Below, in pieces: positions 18,801 through 27,610 of a stretch of 64,000 nt of DNA. Positions within the stretch are counted from its first letter, which is position 1. Each line of letters opens with the position of its first letter. The notes beneath the pieces were generated by a model. It was not told the DNA's origin. It searched no databases and saw nothing but the letters and a program-made list of their open reading frames with translations. The position numbers and the translations under genes are program-made. This DNA comes from Promethearchaeota archaeon (GTDB lineage Archaea > Asgardarchaeota > Hermodarchaeia > Hermodarchaeales > Hermodarchaeaceae), in contig JBHLMG010000002.1 of assembly GCA_048938385.1 (NCBI GenBank), positions 32,001-96,000 on the forward strand. Direction: 5' to 3'.

Positions 18801-20525
18801 GTTACTGAGTCCAACAGTAAGTGCATTAGTTGCATAAGGTGCAGCTCCGGTTCCGTATCCTGGCCCTGCAAATCCGGCTTTGTTGACAAAAAGGGTGTCC
18901 GAGTCAACGGAAAGGTAGTCCGTGAGCATGCTGTACCAATCGTACCCCCATGCCATATCAAAAGGAGCAAAACTCCAAGTGTTCCAATTCCAGTCGTTGG
19001 TAAGAATATCACAGGCAGGTCCTGAATCGTTTTGCCAGTAACTAAACCGGTCATAGGGTCGATCAACTCCCCAGAGTGGTCGGTACCCACAACCCCAGAA
19101 CCATGTGTTTATAAAATCAGAGATCGTGAAACGCTTCAACGCCATGATTTTCGCACAGGAAGCGATACCAGGGCAGGTGAAGAGGCTACCATTGTTGTAG
19201 ACATCTCGGGGTTCTAATCCCTGACTTGCAATGCCATAGGCTACGGTTGTACCATGCCCATAGTTGTCAAACATGAAGGCAAAACCACGACCTTGGGGAT
19301 CGATACCGGAAATGAGGTCACCGGTAATTTGATTCTTAAGATCAAAGGTGTTGCTCAAACTTCCCATGCTGTAGTCGTTAAATCCATCACCATCTAGATC
19401 CTCTGCTAAAACTGGATTAGAGTCAAAACGGTGGGGAAGATTGTTTGTAAAGTCCCAATCGGTTGTAATGGATGTGGTGAGGTTATTGTACTGGGCCGTG
19501 ATGGCCCAGGAGGTTTCAAAATCGATATACACAGTATCGTAGATAGAGGCCGTGTTCTCATCTACGAGCGTGTACAGGAAAAAGGCTCGTCCCTTGGGGA
19601 GCCAGTACGCAGTTTGCACTGACATGCCTATACGATAGAAACCACTGAGACTCTGTAATCCTCCAAATCCACCGACATAGCAATTTTCAGTATAGATTCC
19701 ATAAGTGCTGTTCGAATACTGGATCTGTCCGTAATCAGTGTACATGTAAAAGTCCAACCCCTCAGTAAGTAAATACCCGCCCACCGAGGGGAGCATAAAA
19801 CTTGTAAGGGCGATTCCTGATCCTCCTGGGTCATAGCTTAAAGGGCGTCCCATCTCATCAACAGCAACTGCATCCACGAGATCTGTGCAACCAAAATCTA
19901 CACCACTATCTACAACGCCAACTATAACGCCTGAGCCGTTAATGTTTGGGAATTCCGTCCATATTCGTTCAACTCCAGCAAGTGTTAACGGAGAGGGGAA
20001 CGAGGAACTTGGCACTGGGGTCAACAATGAGCTAGTTGTGTCCGCTTCGAAGGTTATGTGTTCATCACCAAGAACAAGAATTACATCGGGGTTCATGACA
20101 AGAGTTGCCAGGGCTTTGGGATCGGTGAGGCTACCATATACAATGTAACCTAGCATGAGGGGCTGTACATGAAGGATTTTCAGATTACTTTCTAAAGCTG
20201 CCCAGTTCGGCTCGTTGCGAATATTCACGATGACTGCAATCTCTCCTTTGATATAACGAAGAGCGTTGGAGGCTTCTCCCGTCATCGCCCACTCTTTGAG
20301 ACTTGGGCTACACTTCTCCCATGGGTCAAATGATGGCGGAGACGGTGAATCTGTCCCAGAAGTAAGTGGCGTATCGAGTGTTGTCTTCAAAGGCGTAGTT
20401 TTTCCAAAGAGCCCACTGTTTTTGGGTGACAATTCTACAGAGATGGCGGGGCTGAGCAAAAACAGTGACAAAAGAATGGTAAGGGCTAAGCCTGCTCTTA
20501 ACAGATGGCGGGCTTGATATTGCAT
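15852..20525 (-). CDS. Large membrane-anchored S8 (subtilisin-like) protein, probably catalytically inactive
   Basis: Signal peptide, DSGVD, GHGT, degenerate oxyanion (KAGF) and Ser regions, and a C-terminal TM helix with basic tail. Full-length paralog of 56916-61559. Confidence 0.85.
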   Translation of the reverse strand: MQYQARHLLRAGLALTILLSLFLLSPAISVELSPKNSGLFGKTTPLKTTLDTPLTSGTDSPSPPSFDPWEKCSPSLKEWAMTGEASNALRYIKGEIAVIVNIRNEPNWAALESNLKILHVQPLMLGYIVYGSLTDPKALATLVMNPDVILVLGDEHITFEADTTSSLLTPVPSSSFPSPLTLAGVERIWTEFPNINGSGVIVGVVDSGVDFGCTDLVDAVAVDEMGRPLSYDPGGSGIALTSFMLPSVGGYLLTEGLDFYMYTDYGQIQYSNSTYGIYTENCYVGGFGGLQSLSGFYRIGMSVQTAYWLPKGRAFFLYTLVDENTASIYDTVYIDFETSWAITAQYNNLTTSITTDWDFTNNLPHRFDSNPVLAEDLDGDGFNDYSMGSLSNTFDLKNQITGDLISGIDPQGRGFAFMFDNYGHGTTVAYGIASQGLEPRDVYNNGSLFTCPGIASCAKIMALKRFTISDFINTWFWGCGYRPLWGVDRPYDRFSYWQNDSGPACDILTNDWNWNTWSFAPFDMAWGYDWYSMLTDYLSVDSDTLFVNKAGFAGPGYGTGAAPYATNALTVGLSNGQFMIPHATGTTIHGIMGILSLGSSGPTPMGDIGPDIVAPAPVGLEVPVHHFDDTPNWYPIESGTSVVAGICALVKQVNASLKADTLKTLIMNGADDLGYDIYRQGAGRVNAYRSVHLAFGNTTDGLDSLIQVSTTITWDQLYFGDRQTPWRAWYTNLYYGYDYGVNPMDYTIYNPSGSSRMSDGKAFPHPIYQGDSVWFNLTAKTGGSHATSVEALNAYTYQFSSQASTSFSTFEPFTTLNLTSEFSPTFIAQFLSVDYAVVHCSYSSIEHNVLLEAAGEGNSVFLFDWQDQNGNNQIDPANPLEGSCVVADIVWSNCHQLNLGFPAQHFTHTPALYYYDIGSVTHLGYPLIVNVTIRLYDRVSWSWVSLHQYTSLESPDFPFLWNVTITAPSDATPGMHEGFIEAVNGTGRTHLPLSIRVDLNMTAPGIYHTWGGSQGTPYDNGAAFSNVPYIGSKRSGDWRFYFVDAYPTVTDVSYVFVNVTWRDPNTCLDVLLYYSSYGYHLMESDSRWDEYGYASESTWECQNVLLFDASHDIRGITWGSYLNRGLIGIAVHTSRTGGTSGGPEEFWITVAYGVENHPLYPIQWTLPTAQLNVSSAANASLFDDSVWEHPHVTLSATWDSLLLPEFPTIYIRQTELEILRIYRQTHYGTIQEPVLAGWHPDHNPREAYDYAFLQEGDVVQLSVEFGTWSDGEGSTLIHGVWDDCDIFVWQPGVDQTWANSLVSHWSHGNPEVGSFVAPVTGNYTIGIDYYSGVVPMGWYSEIYAWRPFDHISEGQTTTFDTASIDLNQVCDVRTTFLTGTSLDFGQTIGFTNDRHIRNVTIKNFFPPVFTVLEPDGGEILGPEPFRINWTVTDENVDYGDESLHFSVELSNDAGFSWKVIEPNTTQTSLLYEGQDGILGITPTDMCLVRVNASDGMYTVSRTSSSVFTILLRIGGPPLPWELLMLITGLVFTSAFIVVLVVLIIHLQRKSSSWKKIA

Positions 20526-20690
20526 AATGTTCCCTCTGTTACCAGTCCTTAATGGAGGCTTGTATTCACTCCTTTTTTACGCAATAGAGCCCTTCATCTT
20601 TATATGCTCTGAAGGGACCAATTACACTTCGACTTTAAATAGTAACTATAAAACTAACAAGCTGAGGGCGGGTAAGCCGCTACTAACAAG

Positions 20691-21605
20691 CTAGATCGTG
20701 CTTTTTCGAGGGAAATTGATCACCAGGATTCCAGTCACGACTAGCGCTAATCCGATTACGAAGGTGGGGTAAAGAGGTTCACTGAGCAGGAGAATAGAGA
20801 AGAGGGTTCCAAAAACCGGAACCAAACTGATGAAAATAGCGGCATGACTTGCACCAAGGTTCTTCAACCCGAGGAAATAGAAGAGAAAACCCAACACCGT
20901 GACAAAGATACCCATGTAAAGCACATTGACCCAAAAGCTAGGATCCACCATTGCGGGGAGAGTCCAGAACTGCTCGACCATAGCGCCAAGGAAAAAGAGG
21001 AAGGTGCCGATGAAGATTCCTCCAGCCGTGGTTTCGAGGGATGAGCGGTTTTGCATTATGATCTTCCCAAGAATAGAATAAGTTCCCCAGGTGAGCATAG
21101 CACAGAGGAGGATGAAATTACCAATGAGGTATTCTAGGCGAAATTCGAATAGGGTTTGTACGCCCACAACAAATACGATGCCTAAGAAGCTGAACAGATA
21201 ACCAACATATTGCCATCTTGAAGTAAGGCGTTCTTTAAGGAAGACGAAAGCAAGGAGGCTCACGAGGGTAGGGTTAATCCCTGCAATAATAGACCCCTGG
21301 GTTGATGTAGTGAACTGCATACCAATTAGAAAAAGGATGCCATAACCAAACACGCCAATGCTTCCAAGAAGACACCAGTTACCAATATCCCTTCGTGACA
21401 GGGTTTTCAACCTGTTCCATTGCATTGTTACTAACAGTGGGAGAAAGAACACACTGGCCGTTAAAAACCTGAAGAACCCAACGGTGGCGGGTGGGGCAAG
21501 AGCCACAACGATCTTGGCGGACACCCAGCTTCCTCCCCAAAAAATCATCCCTAACACCAGCAAGATGAAGTATTTTAGGGATCCACGATTCATACCAGCT
21601 GCCAC
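20691..21605 (-). CDS. DMT/EamA family transporter
   Basis: FWGGSW..K, FFRF, FLKERL, LLSEPL; two EamA halves. Confidence 0.92.
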   Translation of the reverse strand: MAAGMNRGSLKYFILLVLGMIFWGGSWVSAKIVVALAPPATVGFFRFLTASVFFLPLLVTMQWNRLKTLSRRDIGNWCLLGSIGVFGYGILFLIGMQFTTSTQGSIIAGINPTLVSLLAFVFLKERLTSRWQYVGYLFSFLGIVFVVGVQTLFEFRLEYLIGNFILLCAMLTWGTYSILGKIIMQNRSSLETTAGGIFIGTFLFFLGAMVEQFWTLPAMVDPSFWVNVLYMGIFVTVLGFLFYFLGLKNLGASHAAIFISLVPVFGTLFSILLLSEPLYPTFVIGLALVVTGILVINFPRKSTI

Positions 21606-21669
21606 CGTTAAAACGCTGTTGATGACGATAGGGAGTAAAAATGCATGGATTCAGCCAAATATCCCTTTC

Positions 21670-22428
21670 CTATACTGGATAGGATTCTTCATCAAAGAGA
21701 GTAGTTTGTTTAGCGTCGCGGATGCGATGCGTGTGGGTAGTAACCGTACTTCGCTGTTGCTTGGGTCGGCTGGGGTGTTTTTCAAGAGTAAAGGTTTCCA
21801 CGGTATCGAGGCGTGTATGCCGGATGAGCACATGGAAGCGGTGGTAGGCGGTTTGCCCGATGCGTAACGGGGGCTGCGAGGCGCGTTTTGGCGTATCGGC
21901 GCTAGCTACCACAGCCACTTGCTGAATGAATGCCAGCTGCTTCAGGTAAGTGGCCAACTGAGCGCGACGGTAGACACGGGAATCTGGAGGTGTACCCGCT
22001 GCTGACGGTGGTCCGCCTTCCTCTTCTTGGAGTAGGTGCATAAAACCGTGGACAAACAGGATGGGGGCGTTGAGAGAGTGGATGGTGTCTAGTGCGTCAT
22101 CGAGGAGCGAGAGGAGTTGATCTGTGGTGAAGGCTCGTGCAACATGGAGTTGGTGCAGATACGCCGCGGGTGGAGCAGAGAGGGGGGTTGCGCGGAGATG
22201 GTTAAGGATGACATCAGGTCGAATGCCATTGTTGGCATCAATTACGGCTACGCCATGGGTCTGAGCCACCAGTCGAAGGGCGCAGGCAATGGATTGTTGG
22301 AGCAGTCGGGTGCACACGGGACTCCCATAAAGTAGGTAGCTAAGTCCAAGTTCGAAGCCTCCCCCCAGAAGTTCGTCTAGGAGATGAATGCCGGTGGGTA
22401 GCTTCATTTGCTGGTGTTGTTGGGCCAT
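21670..22428 (-). CDS. RecA/Rad51-like paralog with degenerate Walker A/B (ATPase-dead)
   Basis: PTGIHLLDELLGGG and VARAFT resemble Rad51/RadA. Walker A reads GSPVCTR (no GKT) and Walker B reads LFVHG. Confidence 0.75.
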   Translation of the reverse strand: MAQQHQQMKLPTGIHLLDELLGGGFELGLSYLLYGSPVCTRLLQQSIACALRLVAQTHGVAVIDANNGIRPDVILNHLRATPLSAPPAAYLHQLHVARAFTTDQLLSLLDDALDTIHSLNAPILFVHGFMHLLQEEEGGPPSAAGTPPDSRVYRRAQLATYLKQLAFIQQVAVVASADTPKRASQPPLRIGQTAYHRFHVLIRHTRLDTVETFTLEKHPSRPKQQRSTVTTHTHRIRDAKQTTLFDEESYPV

Positions 22429-22521
22429 TGAAAACGCGGTCTGGAACATTCTACGCGTCACCCAGTACACTGCTTTCGTGAACAAAAACCCTCAAATAGT
22501 CCACAATCAACAGTCTTGTAG

Positions 22522-23289
22522 GTGTGGTTGGTTCGGTTGGCGTATCATGGGAGTGCACAGTTCTATGATCTCTTTGCGCACGGTAAGGAGGAGGAACAGG
22601 CTTTTTATCGGCTACTCGCTAAAGAAGCAGGATCCCCCGCATTAGAGCTAGGTGTTGGCACAGGAATCTTCGCATTTGCCCTTGCAGAAGATGGTATCAC
22701 GGTTGTGGGGCTTGAGCAGTCTCGAGAGATGCTGCAAGAGGCTCGGAAAAAGCTTCAAAGAGCGCCTCCTGAAATTGCTCGACGACTTCTCTTCATCGCT
22801 GGCGACATGAGTGCGTTTCAGCTAGATCAGCAATTCCGTATCGTCTATATTCCTTCTGGCAGTTTTCAGTACCTGACTACACGCGAGCAACAACTAGGTT
22901 GTTTACGGAGCGTGAAGGCCCATCTCCATAAGGATGGGTCCTTTGTCTTTGATGTTTATGTGGGTGAATCTGATCATACTGGAATTTGGCGTCGACTTGA
23001 GACGATTTCGTTGCCTGAGGGTGGGGCTGTGACGCGTTCCATTTCGACACGACTTGAAGAGACGGACAACCTCATCGATACAGTCATTCGGTTTGATGTT
23101 CACGATGAAGCTGGACGAATCACTGAAACCTTCTATGATTGGTCGCAACTAGCGGTATTAACTGTGGAAGAGGTGAAGTTCCTGCTAGCAGAGATGCACT
23201 TCCAAGTCGAGACTATCTATTCAACTTTTACTCGGAAACCTTGGGCGCCTGGATCAAAATACGCCATTTTTGTTACAGAACCGATTTAA
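22522..23289 (+). CDS. Class I SAM-dependent methyltransferase
   Basis: FYD, LELGVGTG, GDMSAF and HLHKDGSFVFD. Confidence 0.92.
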   Translation: MWLVRLAYHGSAQFYDLFAHGKEEEQAFYRLLAKEAGSPALELGVGTGIFAFALAEDGITVVGLEQSREMLQEARKKLQRAPPEIARRLLFIAGDMSAFQLDQQFRIVYIPSGSFQYLTTREQQLGCLRSVKAHLHKDGSFVFDVYVGESDHTGIWRRLETISLPEGGAVTRSISTRLEETDNLIDTVIRFDVHDEAGRITETFYDWSQLAVLTVEEVKFLLAEMHFQVETIYSTFTRKPWAPGSKYAIFVTEPI

Positions 23290-23424
23290 CTACTGAATTC
23301 AATCTTTTTTGTCATTATTACATCGGATAGTTGGTTGGTACTGTTTGCTTTTATGACTAGAGGCGATATAGTGAGGTTTGGTGAGCTACTTCCGCCTCTG
23401 TCCTAGTATTGGTAGGTGTAGCAA

Positions 23425-24888
23425 ATGTCTCGCTCGTCAATTGCGTTCAATGTGAATCGGATAAAACGGCAACTTGAAGTTTGGTTAGGAGAAGAGAATG
23501 TCTCTACGGCAGAAGTGGATAAAATCTGCTACTCACGAGATGCTTGGCCTCTTCGATTGATACGGCTTGGACGGTTAGTAATCGAGTCAGAGCCTGATTT
23601 GATTGTTTGGCCTCAAACCGTTGACCAGATACAACGAATAATCCAGTTAGCCAATCAAGAACGCATCCCCCTAATCCCTGTCTCTGGAGCTGGCGGCGTT
23701 ACTGGTGGGACTCTCCCCGTATCAGGAGGAATTGTCGTTGATTTAAAGAAAATGAATCGCGTGCTAGGGCTCGATGAAGATTCCCTAATGGTTACCGTAG
23801 AGCCCGGTATCTTAGGACAGGAACTTGAGGAATACTTGGAGGCTCGAGGTTACACCACAGGGCATTTTCCATCATCAATTTTCAGTTCTGCCTTGGGTGG
23901 ATTTGCTGCTGCTCGCTCAGCGGGGGTTCTTTCTTCTAAGTATGGTAAAATTGAGGACATGATTACTGGTCTTGAGGTTGTGCTACCAAATGGAGAAATA
24001 CTCCGAACCAAGGCCGTGCCTCGTTCATCTATGGGACCTGACCTGAAACAACTATTCATTGGCTCAGAAGGTGTTTACGGTATAATCACCGAAATCACGC
24101 TTCGTGTTGCCCCGATCCCACAGGCAAGACGCTTTGCCTCCTATCTTTTTCCTGATTTAACTTCCGGAATGAATGCAGTGAAACAAATCTTCCGTCATGA
24201 TTTACAACCAGCTCTCATTCGGTTGTACGATGAAAATGAAACTCGGTTTGTATTAAGCCGCTTCAAATCGCCACCTCAGAGTGCTTGCGTCCTTAACCTC
24301 ATGTACAGTGCTACAAAAGATCTGGTTCGGTTAGAACACCGGACTGTTAAGCGAATCTGTGTTGAAGCAGAAAGCGAAGATCTTGGTCCAGGCCCCTCTA
24401 AACACTGGTGGGACAACCGGTTCGATCTCTACTACCCCTCTAACCTCAACATGGGCGCTGGTATGCTCTATGATGTACTTGATGTCGCTGCTAGCTATGC
24501 CAACCTCGAAAAGATGTATTGGGCGATGCGTGAATCCATCGAGGCAACCGGTGTGAGCACCATGAGCCACTTCTCTCATTTCTACCCTGACGGTGGAAAC
24601 ATCTATGTCATCTTCATCGGCCAGGCTGGAACTCCAGAAGAAGTTGAAGCTAAATACAATGAAGTTTGGCAAGTCGGATTAGATGCTGCTCATCAGGCAG
24701 GAGGCACCCTGAGCCACCAACATGGCGTTGGGCTCTTGAAAGCTCCTTGGATGCCTACTGAACATGGAACCACTGGCTTAGCCCTTCTCCAAGCCATTAA
24801 AAATTATCTCGACCCCAACGATATTATGAATCCTGGCAAATTGGGGCTTGGATGTGAATCAAAGAATCGGGACAAGGAGGCACAGTAA
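23425..24888 (+). CDS. FAD-linked oxidoreductase, alkylglycerone-phosphate synthase/GlcD-like
   Basis: GHFPSS..S.LGG...RSAG..S.KYGKIEDM, GPDL..LFIGSEG, HFSH.Y, SHQHGVG and DPNDIMNPGKL. Confidence 0.88.
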   Translation: MSRSSIAFNVNRIKRQLEVWLGEENVSTAEVDKICYSRDAWPLRLIRLGRLVIESEPDLIVWPQTVDQIQRIIQLANQERIPLIPVSGAGGVTGGTLPVSGGIVVDLKKMNRVLGLDEDSLMVTVEPGILGQELEEYLEARGYTTGHFPSSIFSSALGGFAAARSAGVLSSKYGKIEDMITGLEVVLPNGEILRTKAVPRSSMGPDLKQLFIGSEGVYGIITEITLRVAPIPQARRFASYLFPDLTSGMNAVKQIFRHDLQPALIRLYDENETRFVLSRFKSPPQSACVLNLMYSATKDLVRLEHRTVKRICVEAESEDLGPGPSKHWWDNRFDLYYPSNLNMGAGMLYDVLDVAASYANLEKMYWAMRESIEATGVSTMSHFSHFYPDGGNIYVIFIGQAGTPEEVEAKYNEVWQVGLDAAHQAGGTLSHQHGVGLLKAPWMPTEHGTTGLALLQAIKNYLDPNDIMNPGKLGLGCESKNRDKEAQ

Positions 24889-24890
24889 CA

Positions 24891-26087
24891 TTGCCCTCAT
24901 CGGGATCTCCCTCCCTATCATCATCGCTCAATGATTATGCTAAAATTAGCCGGCTCTGCAGCCTATGTAATCGCATGTGCCGCCATTCTTGCCCCACACA
25001 TCTAATAACTCGTTCAGATGCCTGTAGCCCAATAGGTCGAGCACTAATCATTGAGTTGTACCGTGGGAAAAAAAGCGCACTCACTGAAACTGCTGTGGAC
25101 CGGTTATACCAATGCAACCTCTGCGGTGCGTGCAAAGCCTGGTGTAAACCCCGACATGAACTTCCACACATCATCGAGCTAGCCCGAGAACGAGTAGTAA
25201 TGGAAAATCGAGTACCCACAGGAATTCTTACCTTTGACACTGAGGTGATTAGAGACAAGAATGTGTACGGTGATCCGTCCAATGAGCGCTTCTCTAAACT
25301 AAAATCCCTGCTAATACAGCCATCAGCTACTCGAGAAGTAGTCTACTTTATTGGTTGTACTACTGCGTATCGTCACCCGGAAATTGCCCTCGCAACAAAT
25401 GAAATCCTTGCCAAACTGAACATCCGCCCTAAGCTTCTCACAGGAGAACTGGGTGAGGTGTGTTGTGGATCACCACTCCTCAGGGCAGGATTTAGGGATA
25501 CAGCCAAAACCCTTGCTCAACAGAATATTGCTGCAATTGCACAAACAGGGATACGAACGGTCCTCACCACCTGTCCAGGTTGTGCTAGGGCTCTCCGCGT
25601 GGATTATCCACGTTTGGGCGTACCCTTACCAAAGAAGGTCAAAGTGTACCACATCACTGAGTTTCTAACGAAATTCCAGACACGACTAGGTCAGTTATTT
25701 CATAATCCATGGGCTAAAAAGAAGGGAAATCTATCACCTAAGATGAGTTATCATGATCCTTGCCATCTCGGGCGCGAATTAGGAGTCTACACACCTCCTC
25801 GTCGGCTCCTAAGTTTAATTCCTGGGAATGTTTTAACGGAATTTCCGCACAATCGGGATCTTGCTGACTGTTGTGGGGGTGGTGGAGTGCTACCTAAAAC
25901 CTTTCAGGCGCTTTCTAAAGCAATTACTCTAAGCCGGTTAAAGGTTGCTTCTGAGTTACAACTCGATTTGCTCGTGTCAGCGTGTCCGAACTGTAAGCTG
26001 CATTTCTCCGAAGTCTCGTCGCAAGATCCGGATTCAAAGTTACAGGTCTTAGATATCGTCGAAGTGCTGGCAAGTGCGTTACGGTAG
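24891..26087 (+). CDS. Fe-S oxidoreductase (GlcF/HdrD-like; ferredoxin plus two CCG domains)
   Basis: CSLCNRMCRHSCP, CNLCGACKAWC, GC...CCG...CPGC and HDPCHLGR...CCGGGG...CPNC. Confidence 0.9.
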   Translation: MPSSGSPSLSSSLNDYAKISRLCSLCNRMCRHSCPTHLITRSDACSPIGRALIIELYRGKKSALTETAVDRLYQCNLCGACKAWCKPRHELPHIIELARERVVMENRVPTGILTFDTEVIRDKNVYGDPSNERFSKLKSLLIQPSATREVVYFIGCTTAYRHPEIALATNEILAKLNIRPKLLTGELGEVCCGSPLLRAGFRDTAKTLAQQNIAAIAQTGIRTVLTTCPGCARALRVDYPRLGVPLPKKVKVYHITEFLTKFQTRLGQLFHNPWAKKKGNLSPKMSYHDPCHLGRELGVYTPPRRLLSLIPGNVLTEFPHNRDLADCCGGGGVLPKTFQALSKAITLSRLKVASELQLDLLVSACPNCKLHFSEVSSQDPDSKLQVLDIVEVLASALR

Positions 26088-26618
26088 GAACATGACCATA
26101 ACGAACCATAGAATTATCGCTGAAACTATGAGCCCAATGCCATTGCCGATTAACCAGGCTCTCTCGTATGCCTTGGGAACTTTTGTTATGTTACCTGGAG
26201 GGGCTATTTGGCTCTTTTCAATATATTCGAATGCTTCAAGTGGATTTTTCAGAAATCGGTTTAGAACTGATCGGCTACTGGGATTAAGGTCCAGGAACAA
26301 GTGTCCCGCACAGCTCAATAAGAAAATTGTAATGAAGTAACGATCAACTGTAACCCACCAACCTAAGAAATATGTGGGGAGGAAGAAGAATCCTACAATT
26401 GTCAGAGGTGCAAGAACGCTATGGGTGACTATGGAGCGGTGTCCAAGAAGGGGCTTCCAATGGAAGTCAAAATCAGGAAAGATGCCACCAACCCAGGCAA
26501 CCAGGAAAAACCAGAAGCTAAAGGCCGCAGGTAATATTGAAGGAAAAATGTAAGTCAATATTGCCCAGCCGATCACAAAGGCGATAGTGGTGAGGAAGAT
26601 GTGGTCCCAACCATTCAT
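26079..26618 (-). CDS. Membrane metal-dependent hydrolase (YdjM-like)
   Basis: H...PDFD...HRSIVTHS...HLFLD. Confidence 0.8.
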   Translation of the reverse strand: MNGWDHIFLTTIAFVIGWAILTYIFPSILPAAFSFWFFLVAWVGGIFPDFDFHWKPLLGHRSIVTHSVLAPLTIVGFFFLPTYFLGWWVTVDRYFITIFLLSCAGHLFLDLNPSSRSVLNRFLKNPLEAFEYIEKSQIAPPGNITKVPKAYERAWLIGNGIGLIVSAIILWFVMVMFLP

Positions 26619-26697
26619 ATGTTTTCACCGTCCTTTTCTGGGCTTTGACCTTCCCTAAAAGGCTTAGCTTTTTTCCTTGCTCCCTTTAGCGCTAGGC

Positions 26698-27516
26698 TTA
26701 GATTTCCTGAAGTTGAGGTAGTATGTCGAGGACACCATATCCAATTTTGTGAAAGGCTTCGGCATAGGGAATTTTTTTGTGTCTCCCAATTTGTTGAGCT
26801 GTACGGGTCACCCATAAGCGTACAAAAGCTTTCCATTCTAATTGATTAAGGGTGGGAATGTTAAACCCTGACTGATCCAGGCGGTTCATGGATTCCTGTA
26901 GCATCATTTGCATCTGACTTTCGTATTGTTCTACTGCTCTTATCTTCTTCTCCAGCGTTGTGCTAATATCAATGAAAGTGTTTGGGGTTGAACTCGTCCA
27001 CCCATAATACCAGTTCACTAAATGAGGTTTTAATCCCCGAGTTTGTTGGTTGGGATAATACAAAGGAAAGTGACTCGTATAACAGGCTTCGTAAAGGGTG
27101 CGTCCAACAGCCTGATGATCAGGATGCGGATCATAAGGAATGGCAGGATCAAAGCTTAAGACAATTTCAGGCTGCACTCGTCTCACGATCTCAGTATAAT
27201 GTTCCCGGAGTACTACACCGGCAGCGAGCTCGCCGTCAGGAACATCCAAATAAATGACTTCTTTAGTACCCAACACATCAGCAGCATTTTGGGATTCACG
27301 TTTCTCAGTTTCAATCATCTCCTCCAAGGTTTTTGAAGAATCAAGTGTCCCCTTTTCCCCATAGGTTGAACATAAATTCACAATCGTATGTCCATCCTCA
27401 GCTAATAACGCAATAGTACCCCCTGCAAAAAGAGCTGCATCATCAGGGTGTGCTTCCACCACAAGAATGGTTTTCGGTTCCTTTAAATCAAAAATACCTC
27501 TTTTCAACAAGTACAC
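26698..27516 (-). CDS. PIG-L/LmbE family deacetylase
   Basis: AHPDD, GEKG, HPDH, YESQ and AEAF. Confidence 0.92.
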   Translation of the reverse strand: MYLLKRGIFDLKEPKTILVVEAHPDDAALFAGGTIALLAEDGHTIVNLCSTYGEKGTLDSSKTLEEMIETEKRESQNAADVLGTKEVIYLDVPDGELAAGVVLREHYTEIVRRVQPEIVLSFDPAIPYDPHPDHQAVGRTLYEACYTSHFPLYYPNQQTRGLKPHLVNWYYGWTSSTPNTFIDISTTLEKKIRAVEQYESQMQMMLQESMNRLDQSGFNIPTLNQLEWKAFVRLWVTRTAQQIGRHKKIPYAEAFHKIGYGVLDILPQLQEI

Positions 27517-27610
27517 CCTGATTGAATCTGTTTACACCTTTCAAAGTAGAACTTAAAATCCTGATGCCATACCATCTAGTCAACGCGATATATTCAAGGA
27601 GACAACCTAA

